A stretch of 63,888 nucleotides of DNA, filler included, from Dugesia japonica (Eukaryota), in NCBI GenBank assembly GCA_001938525.1. It is 5 parts of 5 records of this genome, joined end to end, with 100 filler letters (N's around TTAATTAATTAA, not from the genome) between each part and the next. Parts side by side here need not be neighbours in the genome. Positions count along the whole stretch, not along the records: positions 46,487 to 55,293 come from MQRL01599842.1; positions 55,394 to 63,888 come from MQRL01536504.1; 3 more parts are not named here. The stretch is one strand, 5' to 3'. Below the pieces are notes generated by a model. It saw only the letters and a list, made by a program, of their open reading frames with translations. It was not told where the DNA came from and did not search any database. Made by a program: the position numbers and the translations under genes. Below, piece after piece: positions 49,244 through 62,589 of the stretch (positions within the stretch are counted from its first letter, which is position 1; each line of letters starts with the position of its first letter).

Positions 49244-49888
49244 ATGGCACACGAATTCTTGTATCCAGATTTAAAAATTATAAGCAAGAAATAAGTAATT
49301 ATACACTTGAAGATTTAAAATCAAAATTGTCATCTCTAAGAATTAAAGATTTTGAAAATGACTTATATTTCATAAATGATAAAATAAAACATTATCGAAA
49401 ATNNNNNNNNNNNNNNNNNNCCGCCGATGAAGGAATAAAAGTTGCTCAAATTATAATTGGAACCGGCGTGGCCATTGTTGGTGTAATTTTTGCAACTCTT
49501 TTTGGAATAGGAATTACTACAATTGGTCTTCCCATAATAACTGGAATAGGTTCTACAATTCCAATTACTGGTGCANNNNNNNNNNNNNNNNNNNNNNNNN
49601 NNNNNNNNNNNNNNNNNNNNNNNNNCTGGAATAGGTTCTACAATTCCAATTACTGGTGCATTAAATTCATCTTTAATTCAAAAGAAGAAAAAGAAGTATA
49701 CTAATTTAATTTTAAAATTAGAGGCTGTAGAAAGTAAACTTTTCCTATTTCAACAAAAGGCCTTGAATGATAATATTTTAACTGATGAGGAAATTACTAC
49801 AAGTAAAAACATGATTTGGGAAGTTCACGAAATAATTTTAAAATCTAAAGTTGAAAGTCCAAAGTTTGATTTAAATAAATTAACTTAA
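49244..49888 (+). pseudogene. Helical hydrophobic-hairpin protein (GasderminX-type candidate)
   Basis: LYPDL, LRIKDFENDLYFINDKIKHY, hydrophobic segments, KALNDNILTDEE. Confidence 0.6.
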
Positions 49889-49893
49889 ATAGA

Positions 49894-52542
49894 TTAAAGA
49901 CAATCTAATCTATCCCATAAAAGATCTAATCTAAAATGCCAATCTTCACATCTTTCACACCAAAATTTATTTCCATGTGGCCAAGTTATAATTCCGTTTA
50001 ATTTTATCAAAGCTTCATCATTGTAAGCAGTCATTATTATTTTATTTTGAGAAGTTAATTCTATTTCGTGCCTATCTGATTATAAACTATAATTCACTCC
50101 AGAAATCACTTGTTGCGCATCTTCTAAAATTTTATCATAATCCATCATTTGTACATCATTAGTTTTTGATGCGCCCTTGTGTCTCTTGTAATACTCAATT
50201 AAATGATTTACTACATAATTAAAAGCATTACATTTTGCCCTTATAAAATCAGCATGTGTAATTTCTGCGTTTGGTTGTTCGTCTTTCATTTGAAAGAGTT
50301 CATTTCCAAACAATGTTGAAAACTTGTCTAAATTTTCTTGCCCGCTTATTTCCACGAAAAAGAAATCTGTGTCTGTGTAATGAATTTTATAATTTCCTGT
50401 TCCAATTAATGGTTGCATTTGAACATATACAAAATTATACATAATCTCTTTCGCATATATTCTAAAATAGCAAAACCAATCATTGGAAATTTATTATATT
50501 TTACATTGCTTTTTTGCATGTGCATTGCTGCTAAATATCTTGAAAATATTTTAAAATATCTAAATGATAATTTTGCAGATTCCCTTTGAAACTCTGTATT
50601 ATTTGTAAGAAATACTATAGACTGTCTTTTAAAAACATCTTCAAGACATTTTCCATAAAAGACATTATTTAAAAGCTTGAAAAATCAGATGCAAAATTCA
50701 TCTCCATTTCTTTTTGCTTCATTTCTCTTTTCAATGTTTAAAAGAATATATGGTTTTAACCATCGTGATGTTGGAACTTTCGCTTTATAATAAATTTTTT
50801 TCTACTTCATGCCTTGTTCTTAATATAAGTCTAAAGTACTTCCTTGAATAAAGTAAGTAAACTTATCAAATTGAGTAAGTACTAATTTTGTATTATACTT
50901 TGGAAATCTTTTATTAAAATTAGCTTGATATGGTGCTTCCATATTTTTTCGTATATTTAACCTCTCTGGACCTAGGTTTTTCGCGAATCTCGGGAGGATA
51001 CTCTAAATCCACCTCATACATAAAATTATAATCCTCCGTTGCTCTTTCATGTGTTAAATCTTTACATTCGATGTAATCACCTATTGGAAGAGGTTTTGTC
51101 ATACATGCCGCATATAAAGAATTTTGATCTAAATATTTTAAAAATGTTTTTTTGAAAAATTCTTCTGGAATTTCTTCTCCTCGTTCTAAACATTTTTTAA
51201 TTTCTTCTTTTTGTGCTTTTGTAAATTNCCTTTCTGCTATATTTTTATTAAATGGAAAAACTTGTCTTTCACCAGTTACTGCAGAAACTCCATCACGACT
51301 TGCTCGTTGATTTTTTAAACAATATTCATAACTTTTTTGTTTTGGATATCTTAGTTTAACGCGAGTAAATTTTATTCCTGCTATCCAAGTAAGTCCTGGA
51401 GTTGAGTAGCAAAAGCATGAATCAATCCCATAATATTCCATAGAAATTTCTCTAAGATTTTCCATGAAATCTGCAAGAATTAAAACATCAAGTTTTAAAT
51501 AATGAAGCATGTGTTCCCACATATTTTCTAATTTAAAAAATTCTTTTAAAAATTCCTTATATTCTTTAAAAGTTATTTTTTTCTGTCTTAAGGTAGTAAA
51601 GAAATCTTACATTGAGTGTATTTTATTACTTTTTAATAATTGCTCAACTTCTTCCACATTATCTCCTTTTAAATATTCATAAGGAAATGAAATCTTTTTT
51701 GCTTTTGAATTAAATGATTTTAAATGTGGGTATTTTCCATTTTTATTTAAAACTATGTCCATTTTTTCTTCTGATGTGCCTGGGCTACACATCCTGTAAG
51801 AATCTAAAAATCTAATTTTTTTAAATGAAAAAGAAATATATTCTTCATCAGTGTGTGGTATAATTTTTTTTGTATTATCCTGGTGTTTTTTATAAGTTCT
51901 CTAAAAAATAAATGATTGTCATAACCAGATGCGTTATGAAAATAAAATGGTATAAAGAAATGTTTCTTAATTTTTTTATATTTTTTATTACAATTTTCGT
52001 GAGCACCTCCCATAAATTCTCCACTGAAAAAGTTGTAAACTTCTTCTGGATTTTCACCAAGTGTTTTCTTACAGTAAAAACATTCATCATTTAAAATTCT
52101 TGGTTGTGGNTTAATAAAATTTGTTTCAAGAAGCTCTTCCACTTTTAAATTTTCCAAGTAATTTAAAAAATCATTTAACACATTTTCCCCTGTGAAAACA
52201 GTATATTCTGTTTTAATTAAATCCTCTTGATTACTTTTAAGATAAATACCGAATGCAATTGGTTTTTGTTTATTATCAATTGTGTTGGTGTATGCCTCAA
52301 AATCCGCATATATTGAAAATGGATTTTTTATCATAAAATTAAAATCAGAAAATTCATGAAATTCTTTTTTTTCAAATTTAATTTTTGCTGGTTTTTGATG
52401 AACACACTCTTCTTGATGTCTTTCAACTTTTTCTTGTGTGGAATATGCATTCATACAATTCATACACATGGATTTTTCGCTTCCGTGATAACTAATAAGT
52501 GTATTTAAATTTTTACACAGGACATAATGATTTTTATAACAA
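49894..52542 (-). pseudogene. Protein-primed family B DNA polymerase (5' truncated, frameshifted)
   Basis: YADFE, HNASGYDNHLF, YLKLDVLILAD, YLDQNSLYAACM, KLLNNVFYGK, YTDTD. Confidence 0.95.
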
Positions 52543-52714
52543 TTATTTTTGTTTAAATGAAGTAAAATTACTGATTTTCTTTGTTTAAATTAATCGAAAT
52601 TAATGATCATTTGTTTAAATTTAATGAAATTAATAATTTTCCAGTTTCTTAATGGAAATTAATTGAAAAGGTTATGTTTGTTTAAATTAAACAAAATTTT
52701 ATTGTATATGATTT

Positions 52715-52985
52715 TTCCACGGCAATATTAACATAATATATTTCCCCAGGCAATATTTTATAATAAATATTCCCCGGGCAATATTGATATTAAATATTCC
52801 CCGGGCAAAATTGCCATTAGTTGTTCAAGTTTCATACTAATAGATGTTTAATGGCTCATACTATTAGTTACTCTAGGGCTCATACTATTGGATTTTTAAT
52901 GCATCATACTATTAGTTGCTACAGGGCTCATACTATTAGATGCTCCGGTGATCATACTATTAGATGCTCCGACATTAGATGATCA
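52715..52985. repeat. Two adjacent arrays: CCCCGGGCAATATT x4, then 24-bp TCATACTATTAG unit x6
   Basis: Seen directly. Confidence 0.85.
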
Positions 52986-53274
52986 TTTCCTTATTAATAT
53001 TAACTGCTCATCCGAGGAAATTCATTGTTAATATTTATATGTTTAAGTAAACGTTTTCTGTCCTAGTATAATTAATGAAATCAGTATATTATTTATATTC
53101 TAAGTAAACTTATTAACAATAATATTATTCAAATTATTTTCATACATTGTGCCAATAACAGTTTTGATTGAATTCCATAACATTACATTACCTCCTTTGA
53201 TATGTACACTCCGACGGAGAGAATCTATCAAGGTCCGTTAGCATCCAATCGAGTCTATTCATGATTGAACTTAT

Positions 53275-53430
53275 CGACTAAGCTCGATTACAGTATGTGC
53301 ATTTCTGGTAGCAATGCTTCTGACCGTTCACATCCGGTTTCAAATATACATTGCTACAACTGTATCTCTATAAGATAAAAACAGTTAGTCGTCAATGTCA
53401 TTATTTGGATAGACACAGATCGGGAAAATG
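53275..53430 (+). repeat. Dispersed repeat, copy 2
   Basis: Homologous to 18490-18640. Confidence 0.8.
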
Positions 53431-55293
53431 TTAAAGAATCCAATGTCAACTGTTATAAATTCTATGAATGATATTAAATCTTTAAATTAAATCATTACAG
53501 AAAATTATTACTTATTATCATTAAAAATAAAAGCATTACTTAAGTTTCATTAAATTAAATCATTAAAGAAAAACATTATCGTTAAAATAAAATTATTACC
53601 ATTTAATTTAAATAAAATAAATCCTTATTTATTGTCAAATAACAATGATCATAATTCGTAATAATTTACCATATTTCCAATAACTTTAATCATAGTATTA
53701 AGAATTCACAACAATTAATATCTGAAAATCAATTTATTAACTGAAAAGAAATTAATAATTTTAAAACATTACACTCTAAATTTTAACTTTAAATAAAATC
53801 TTTACGAAAATTATTACAATTTAAGGAAATCATTACCGTTTAATTTAAATAAAAATAAATTCTTACTTATTTTCATAATTGATCAAATTTTATAATAACA
53901 TTGATGAAAATAAATTTTCATATTATTTATAACAAATCATAATAGGTTTTCTTAAATAATCTAAAATAAAATTAATAATATAGCAAATTAAATAAAAAAT
54001 CTTATTTAATATTGTTAAATGGCAAAATAATATAAAATTATTCCATTCAGGCCATATTTAATTAATATGTTTAAACAAATTTTTTAATAATAAATAATTG
54101 TTTAACATATTTTAATAAATTCATTAAATTTAATTTAACAAAATCAATTTTTAAAAACATTAATTCTAAATGATCTATTTTAATTTATTAATTATATTAA
54201 TTTTAAACTGTTTAATTTGATTTGTATTAATTTTAAGCAGATAAAATTTGATTCATGTTAAATTTAAATTGATCAATTTTAATAAATATTAATTATAAGC
54301 TGCTTAACTTTGATTCATATTAATTTCAAACTGTTAAATTTGTTTCATACTAGTTTCAAACTGATAAATTTTAATTTTTATTAATTTAAACTTTATAATT
54401 TTGATTCTTATGAATTTTATGCTGATTTCTTTTTATGCTGAATTTTATGAATTTTATTTTAAGTTGATTCTTATTAAATTGAAACAGATAAAAGGTTTAT
54501 GATGAAAATTGTATTTTAAATGACGAATTATATACTTTATATGTAGCTGTCTCTAATTTTCAATGATGACTTGTGTATTTATCATGATGATACATGTATA
54601 TTCTATGATGAAGTGTCTATGTTTGTGATGACATTATAATTTTTCATGACAAAGTGATTATTTCTATGTTGAAATGTTTATTTTCAATAATGAATCCAAT
54701 ATTTTACATGTGACTTAGAAATTTTATGTGTTGTTTTAGAATTTTATGTGATGAAATGTACTTTTAAAACGTTGACTTAGAAATTTCAATGTGGTTAACT
54801 ATATATTTACTGTCATAGATTATAAGTTTCACTTGTTGGTTTGAATTTTTATCTGCTGGCTTAGAAATTTTATTATTTCTATGTAGTTTTTGAATGTTAT
54901 TGAATACCTCTGTGAGTATAATTATAATCCCGAGGTGCAGCTTTTTTTTAGTTACCTTTTGTATTTTTTTTCAATCAATTAAAAATGAAAAAAATAAAAA
55001 AAGCTCTATTTCCTAATAAAAATGTAAAAAGCCCTATTTTCTATAAAAATTTAGAAATGAAAAATTTTCGATTTTTTACAAAAAACCGAAAATGTAAAAA
55101 GTGTTTTTTTTTACAAAAATTTAGAAATGAAAAGTTTTCATAAAAAACTCCTCCTAAAGAGGATACCCTCATCTTTTAAAGTAAAAAAAAGTAGGGGTTT
55201 CAAATTTTTATAAAAATGAAAAAATTTTTAATTTATAAAATGGAATGTAAAAAATGTAATCGCCCATTTTTAAATAAATGGGAATTAGCTCGA

Positions 55294-55393
55294 NNNNNNN
55301 NNNNNNNNNNNNNNNNNNNNNNNNNNNNNNNNNNNNNTTAATTAATTAANNNNNNNNNNNNNNNNNNNNNNNNNNNNNNNNNNNNNNNNNNNN
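55294..55393. other. Artificial contig spacer
   Basis: N44-TTAATTAATTAA-N44. Confidence 0.95.
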
Positions 55394-56137
55394 CATAATT
55401 TTCTTTTTTTTCAAAAATCAAAAAATCTAAAATGGAAATAATATTTTTTGGGAATAAAAATCATTTAAAAAAATGTAATCCTTATTTTTATGCGGCATTT
55501 GTAGCTTGTTTTAACACAAAGAGTTACAAATAAGGCGCCTAATGCAATCTAATGACGATGCAGATGGGGAACCACAAGATACATATTTCCATAAGTGAAT
55601 AAATTAACCATCATGCGTCAGCACACTTTTGCATTATCTTTATTTCAGGCCACCACTGGCCAGACCCTCCCATAAATGTATCGACCTTGTAAAACTAGAT
55701 ACAGAGTAAAACGCATCAATATAATAAAGTAAGTATTCATCGGCATATTATTAAAGCTGCTAGGTAAATTTCAGTTGCATATATTGTGATAGCGTAAATA
55801 GAATTGAGCGATCAGCGCTAGAAAGATGTATCGAATCAACATTCTATGTGAATTGATCATAGCCAGTAAACAGGTCGCTGGAAATTGCTTGATTGAAACA
55901 TGTATCGACTCCAGAAAATCGGCTTCCCTGAAGTTCGCTTCAGTTCTCAAACAAATAATACTCGAATATTTAACAAGAAATTATCGAAACTATGTGTAAT
56001 ATACTGACCATTATTTTTCAAGTAACTTTATGCGATGACACTTTCACATAGACTTACATTATTTAGACTTTCGTTGATGTTTATTTAACTTAAATAATTA
56101 TGAATTATTTATCATTATCTTTCTAAGAATTTTAATG

Positions 56138-56197
<60 letters not shown>
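56138..56197. repeat. (AAT)n microsatellite
   Basis: Seen directly; runs into a gap. Confidence 0.97.
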
Positions 56198-56657
56198 NNN
56201 NNNNNNNNNNNNNNNNNNNNNNNNNNNNNNNNNNNNNNNNNNNNNNNNNNNNNNNNNNNNNNNNNNNNNNNNNNNNNNNNNNNNNNNNNNNNNNNNNNNN
56301 NNNNNNNNNNNNNNNNNNNNNNNNNNNNNNNNNNNNNNNNNNNNNNNNNNNNNNNNNNNNNNNNNNNNNNNNNNNNNNNNNNNNNNNNNNNNNNNNNNNN
56401 NNNNNNNNNNNNNNNNNNNNNNNNNNNNNNNNNNNNNNNNNNCAAAATTTAATTATTTTAAAAATAACTATTGAAAGTATTTCTTTGAAATTATGTATAA
56501 AATTACTTAAATGTTACTTTTAAACATATTTATCCGAAGTTTCGAAGTTTAAATCGAAATATTTATTTCTTTTCATTCTATAAATTCTAACTATTTAATG
56601 CTTGATATAATCAGAAAAATAAAAATACAATTGTTGATTTTCATAATTGTTTATATT

Positions 56658-57420
56658 AGTAGAGGGATAATGGTGAACATCCTTAGCACACATTCAGTAA
56701 CCCGCCCCCCAGGAATAGTGATGTAGTGAAACTTAATCCTAATTCATTTAGTTGAGAAATTAAAAATGACATCATATTAGGTAATTATGTCAGAGAGGTT
56801 GTTTTTTTCCCTGCGCATTTAATTGGGAAATTTTATTGCACACAAATTATGTCATGAGATCAATTTAATTGGTGAAATTTAATTTAATGTTTAAAAGAGG
56901 CTAGTTTCTCTGTTTTTAGTTGATAAAAATTTTTGCACATAAATTATGTAACTTTTAATCGTATTTTGAAAAGTTTGGCGAATTATTTTCAAAGTTTAGG
57001 CTTTTCAAGTGGCAAATTTTTGTCAAGCTTTTTAGTTGGGAAAAATTTTTAATTGGAAATTTTTATAGGAATCCGAGCAAACCGTTCATGTTGTTTAAAT
57101 ACTATGAAAATTTTAATTCTTTTTAAATCAATTTTTTATGGGAATCCGGAACATCTAAAATTTTCAAAAAAAATATTATCAATTTTTACAACATAATTAT
57201 TTTTAGATATATCGACGGGATCATTTTTGGTTTTCCCAGTATTTTACACAGAATTTTACGAAAGTCAAGATTCTGAAATAAATGAGGTTATGTAGTGAAA
57301 AAATCTCAAAATTCAAAGTTTAGTGCTAAGATCTCTTTGTGCAGATAACTGTGATGGACTCAAATTTGGGATTATTTTACTCAGGAAGAAAAGGTGACTG
57401 TGCAAAGTTAAAATATCGTC
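56658..57420 (+). mobile_element. Terminal fragment related to 21750-23367 (inverted)
   Basis: Starts AGTAG; 57270-57420 is the reverse complement of 22138-22280, e.g. TGCAAAGTTAAAATATCGTC. Confidence 0.6.
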
Positions 57421-57423
57421 ATG

Positions 57424-57492
57424 TACACCATATTGTGCATTTATCATACATACTTACATGAAGTATGTATGATGAATGCACAATATGATGTA
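57424..57492. repeat. Near-perfect hairpin with 32-bp arms and 5-nt loop
   Basis: One C-A mismatch and one G-T wobble. Confidence 0.9.
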
Positions 57493-58704
57493 TTACATAC
57501 ATAATATGAGTCCACTACAAGTGCAAGATTAGTGCAATATAAATACTACTCACATAGCATTCTAATATTATTCAAGGAAACTTTTATGTAACTCCTTTTA
57601 TGTATCTCCTGTATTTGATAACTTTTCCCGAAAATATTACAAAAGCAACTCGAAATTTATCGACATTGATACTATTCGATAGTAAAGTTTACGATGAGTA
57701 CGAATAACACGGTTAAAAATCAACAAATCTTTAACATTAAAAGTTATATAGAAAAAACAAGTACAAAAACAAAATCATTTAAAATGATAAAAACTTACTG
57801 TAAAATTAAATAATAAATAAAGTTATTTTCAAACTAAAAATTTATTTAATAAAAAATCTGATCGAGCTGTCTGTTTCGTTTGTTTGTTATCTGGTTGACT
57901 TTTTCAAATATTTTAAGTGAGTATAATTTTTTGGTTCATTAATTCGTAAGCTTCTTAGTTGATGATAATTTTCAAGTTATTTCGATGGTTATAATTTTTT
58001 TAACTTTTTAGATTGCAGTAGTGGATCAATCAATCAACCCCCAGAATACCATTCCATTAAAATTAGTTAATTTTATATCATAATAATATAAGTCGCTCTT
58101 GTGTACATTAAATATTAGTTTACCTTAATTAATAAAATGATAATAAAACTTTATGCTTTAGAGAAAACTTTTTTCAATTTAAAATTTCATCGATGAAGTT
58201 GATTATAGTTAATTATGGGTAATTATTATTTAGTTTTAATCTATTTGATCAGTCTCAATGACTATTTTAGTTGATTAATTAATCATGGAGATCAAATCAG
58301 GTCAATTTTATGTCAATTTGCTAAGTAGATTCCTGGTGAGTGCCTGTTTGCTAATGAAATTCCTAGGAAAAGGTCAAATGTAAACTTTAACATTAGTCAC
58401 TTCCCATAGAAGGTTAAAATTGATTGTTATAAAATGATAATAATTTTAAACTAAATAAAGAACAAATTTTCTAAATTATTAAATAAATAGTTAATAATAC
58501 ATTATTAATTAATAATTTTCATACATTATTTTCAATTATAGTTTGTTTTCTTTCTATATCATTACATTACCTCATCCAGTTATTACAATTGAGATATTAT
58601 TCAGACTGTTCACATCCCGTCTCAAATTTTAAACCATCAAGACCATTAGCTTCCAATCAAGTCCGTTCAGTTATGAACGTATCGATCAGCTTATATAGTT
58701 TTAA

Positions 58705-58855
58705 CTAGGCTAAGCTCGATTATGGTATGTACATCTCCGGTAGCAGTCATTCAAACCGTTCACACCTGATCATGAATGTACACCACTACAACAGTCTTTA
58801 TGAAATAAAAAAAATTAGTCGTAATCGCCAATACTAGGCTAAACACGTATCCGTG
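58705..58855 (+). repeat. Dispersed repeat, copy 3
   Basis: Homologous to 18490-18640. Confidence 0.8.
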
Positions 58856-59070
58856 AAATTATATAAAATTTCAACTCACTATTATCAAACCCCTTGTATG
58901 TATTAAATTAAATTAAAATAATAAATAAAGACAATAATAATCAAATAATAATTAAAATAATAATAATATTCATAATAGAATTCATTTAAAATAAAGGCTT
59001 CTATCAAAATTTGTTTTTTTAACGAAGTGAATTCCTGAAGACTAAGTGGAAATAAAAAAATTGTCTTAGA

Positions 59071-59492
59071 AAATTGTCTTAGTGGATTTTGGGATAACGC
59101 GGCTTTGAAGACTCATGAACCAACTAGTGAAAAAATACAAACAAGAACCATTATTTATAAAATGCATTTTAAAAAAATTAATATTTACAGGCAGTCAATT
59201 TTTTCACTGGAATATCTCCTGCATACCAACAGCAAGCAAAAATGGCACACTTGGGAAAAGTAACTATAAAGTTCATTGATTCACATCGATTTATCAATAC
59301 ATCATTTTACTCAGCTGTTAAAACTATCAGAACAACTCCATTTACAACAAAGAAGTTTAATGATTATAGAATCATAAAAGCAAAGAAAATTTTCACATAT
59401 GACTTTGTTACATGCCTATCGGTGATGAAAAAGATCAAAAGTATGTCATCAATATAGACAGATGTCAATGAAGAATCGTATCTTAAGGCATT
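59071..59492 (+). repeat. Apparently exact duplicate of 63467-63888 (probable assembly artefact)
   Basis: Identical 71-aa ORF; both copies end at the same base. Confidence 0.85.
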
Positions 59493-59579
59493 NNNNNNNN
59501 NNNNNNNNNNNNNNNNNNNNNNNNNNNNNNNNNNNNNNNNNNTAATCAAATAATAATTAAAATAATAATAATATTCATA

Positions 59580-59780
59580 ATAGAATTCATTTAAAATAAA
59601 GGCTTCGATCAAAATTTGTTTTTTTAACGAAGTGAATTCCTGAAGACTAAGTGGAAATAAAAAATTGTTATCAAAAACCAAAAAAAAAATTTTTGATCGA
59701 AGCTTTTATTTTAAATGAATTCTGAAAAACGATCAATGGTTATTTCCAACAAAAATTCTCGCAATAATTGCAATTGTAAA
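59580..59780. repeat. Penelope-like repeat with inverted partial copy upstream
   Basis: 59582-59620 is the reverse complement of ~59690-59725; degenerate core at 59634-59660. Confidence 0.6.
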
Positions 59781-61439
59781 ATATTCATATTAATTCAAAT
59801 AATATTTATAATAATAAATCGTCAAAGAAAATTTAATACCAATATTAATTAAAAAAGAAAAATAATAGTAAAATTTTAAATAAGGAAATTCTAGAAACTT
59901 AAAATGCATAACTAATTATAATAAAAAAAATACAAATTAAAAATGTCTGTCTATTAAAATAAAGAAAATTCTAGAATTTAAAAATGGTTATATAAAATTA
60001 ATTTAATTTAACTAGTTGAATATTAAATCAAGTAGTATTTGTAATAAAACAATTAGTCGACTTTTAAAATTAAATCTTAATTTCAATTAAAAATCGAAAT
60101 TTCAAAATTAAAGTTACATTATAAGTTTATTGCTTAATACTAAATTAATTTCAAAAAATTCTATTTCTAAAACCTTAAATCATATTTCAAAATTAACTTT
60201 TAAAAATTATATTTCATAAATTAAATTATTGTTATTAAATTTATAGTAAATAAATTATATATTATAACAATCAATTAATAATAATCAATTACAAACCTTA
60301 AAGATTCATTAAATTATCAATAATTAATAATTATAATTATAATTAAATTAATAATTATCATCACAGGTTTACATATTTGGAATCAGTATAAAAGTCTATA
60401 TCGAATATTTTGTAATTAAATTTGAAATACTTTTTATTTTTAATTAATTATTGAGAATTAGAAACTTTTCACCATTTCAAAGTAATTTGATTTTACAAGT
60501 TTCTTCAGTATATATTCTTGACCAGCGTAAAATTCTCTATCTAATAGTACACAAATCATTAAATTTGGATGAATATTATGAAAAATAATTTTTTTTGTGT
60601 GGTTTGAGTTTTCAGGATTTTTGACCATGTTTTTTCGAATTTATAATTAATTAAGTTTAAATTATGATTATAATTAAATTTGAGAACAAAATAATTTTCG
60701 AATAAATTATTTTTAGCTAAAAATGATCCCGAGGTCATTCTGAATCGAACCCTTAAACATAATGAACCTATACATTCAATTCATTCATAAATGTACATTG
60801 GATTCATTCAATTTAACCATTTAAATCTTGTATTCAATCCGTTCATTTATCTTAATCTAATAGTTTAAATCCATCAATACACCCACATAATATATTTAGT
60901 ATACTTAATTTGATCCGTTAGTTATAACTCTATAAGTAAGAGTCACTATTTTCATTAAAACAAACACTAAGCTGAGTCTAATGTTCAATGGGGGTCAACA
61001 TCATTTTAAATTCTACTATCATAGCCCATTTCATTTAGCAGCTAATGATAAAGTTAATCAACTTAAAAAGGTAGATACTGGCGCACTGAGGCACCACTCC
61101 TTTCCCCAACAAAATGGCTTAAAAATTCAGTGGCTTGAACTTTGAACTAGCTTACAAATTTAGTGGTATGTACTTTGACCTGGCACAGTATACTCGATTC
61201 TGATTGGACGAATTATTGTTGCTATTTATTAGTGACTCAGTATGTTTGATTGTGATTGGTCAAGAGCTTGGTACTTTTTTTAAGTGACAATATATACTCA
61301 TCTGTAATTGGTTAAATTATGCGAGCAACTTATAATTAAAAAGTTAAATTTAATTGAATGTCTTGTTTTAATTAACCAAAATTATTTTTTTGTTTTACTT
61401 CATCAGAAATAAAAGTTCTTAAACTCATAAAAAAAACTG

Positions 61440-61880
61440 TCATGGTATCGTTGGATGTGTATTGACGCGGTGGATCTCATGGTGCATTAATAGAGTCAAT
61501 CAAGCGTGACCGTGAACAGTGATTAGGCATCAAAGAATGAAAACTTGCCTCGCCCACAATTTCGATCGGGTCAAGTTAATCTTGTTATTATTCTAATTGA
61601 ATTTAAAAAGTACCTATACATTTCCTAAATGACCTTGGTCATAAAATGCTTTTTCCTCGCCTGAACTATATTCAATCTAAACCAAAGAAGTTTTTAAAAT
61701 TGAATTTAATATGAGTAAATACTTGGTATGACGACCGTTATGGTATCGCTTGAATCGTATAGACGCGATGGATCTTAGCGTTCAATCCTTTATTCAATGA
61801 AGCGTATCGATGTAAAATTGATCACTTGGCCAGCCTCCATATTAAATCGGATCAAGTCAATCTTGGTTATACTAATAGAA
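61440..61880. repeat. Diverged direct dimer, period about 297 bp
   Basis: ATGGTATCG..GACGCG.TGGATCT..AAGCGT..ATCGG.TCAAGT.AATCTTG occurs twice. Confidence 0.75.
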
Positions 61881-62589
61881 TAAATGTAACTGAATTTTGT
61901 ACGAATGGAAGTTTAAATGCAACCGGATTTTATGATTTTAAATGAAATTATTTATAAAATAATAATGATTTGTAATAATTTCTTGTAATGATTTTGTAAA
62001 AGATTTTACTTAATTGTAATTTTAATTGAAATAACATTCTCATAATTTTTAACAACGAAAGTCACTAATGATAAGTAATTGATAATAATTAATTTTAAAT
62101 TATTTTGATTTTTTCAATTTATAATTAATAGTTTGGATAATGATGATTTTACATTATTTGATTTTTAATTAAATTTATGATATAACGATTTTATAATTAA
62201 TATGTTGATAATGATTTTAATTTATAATAAATTTGTTTAAACATATCTATAAACAATAAAAGATTAAATTCATTTCTTTTCAGAAACTTGTAAAATGCAT
62301 ACTAACTATTGTGGAAGTTCAACAACAATCTCTGTCATAAGAAAATGGAAAATTGCGGGGGAAAATATTATATATGTCCGGCATGCACCACAATATGTTT
62401 AAGTACATATCAAGATTTTTATAGGTCACATAAACATTAATTGACACAACTTAATTTAAGTAAGAAGCAATTGTTGATAAAAATTCTCAAAGGTCCAAAA
62501 TTTAAGAAATTCAAACTGGAAGTAATTGTTATAAAGGATTATATTATCAAGAATGGATAATTTGTTATCAAACCAGAGGTTGCCAATTA

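Larger units (their letters stand above)
46487..52542. mobile_element. Polinton/adintovirus-like fragment B
   Basis: Same gene order as fragment A in opposite orientation; clearly diverged. Confidence 0.92.

Noticed and set aside
9415-52542. Fragments A and B as arms of one giant inverted element
   Set aside because: They are too diverged and are separated by two contig spacers.
52832-52985. CRISPR-like repeat/spacer pattern
   Set aside because: The variable halves are only about 12 bp and related to each other; eukaryotic context with no cas genes. It is a minisatellite.
9315-55393. Recurring TTAATTAATTAA palindrome, and the idea of one physical Polinton hotspot
   Set aside because: The palindrome is always centred in exactly 100 nt of spacer, so it is an assembly linker. 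Linkage across these spacers is unproven.
56098-56452. Poly-Ile and X-rich ORFs (also 15178-15558, 42040-42336)
   Set aside because: Products of the microsatellite and N gaps.
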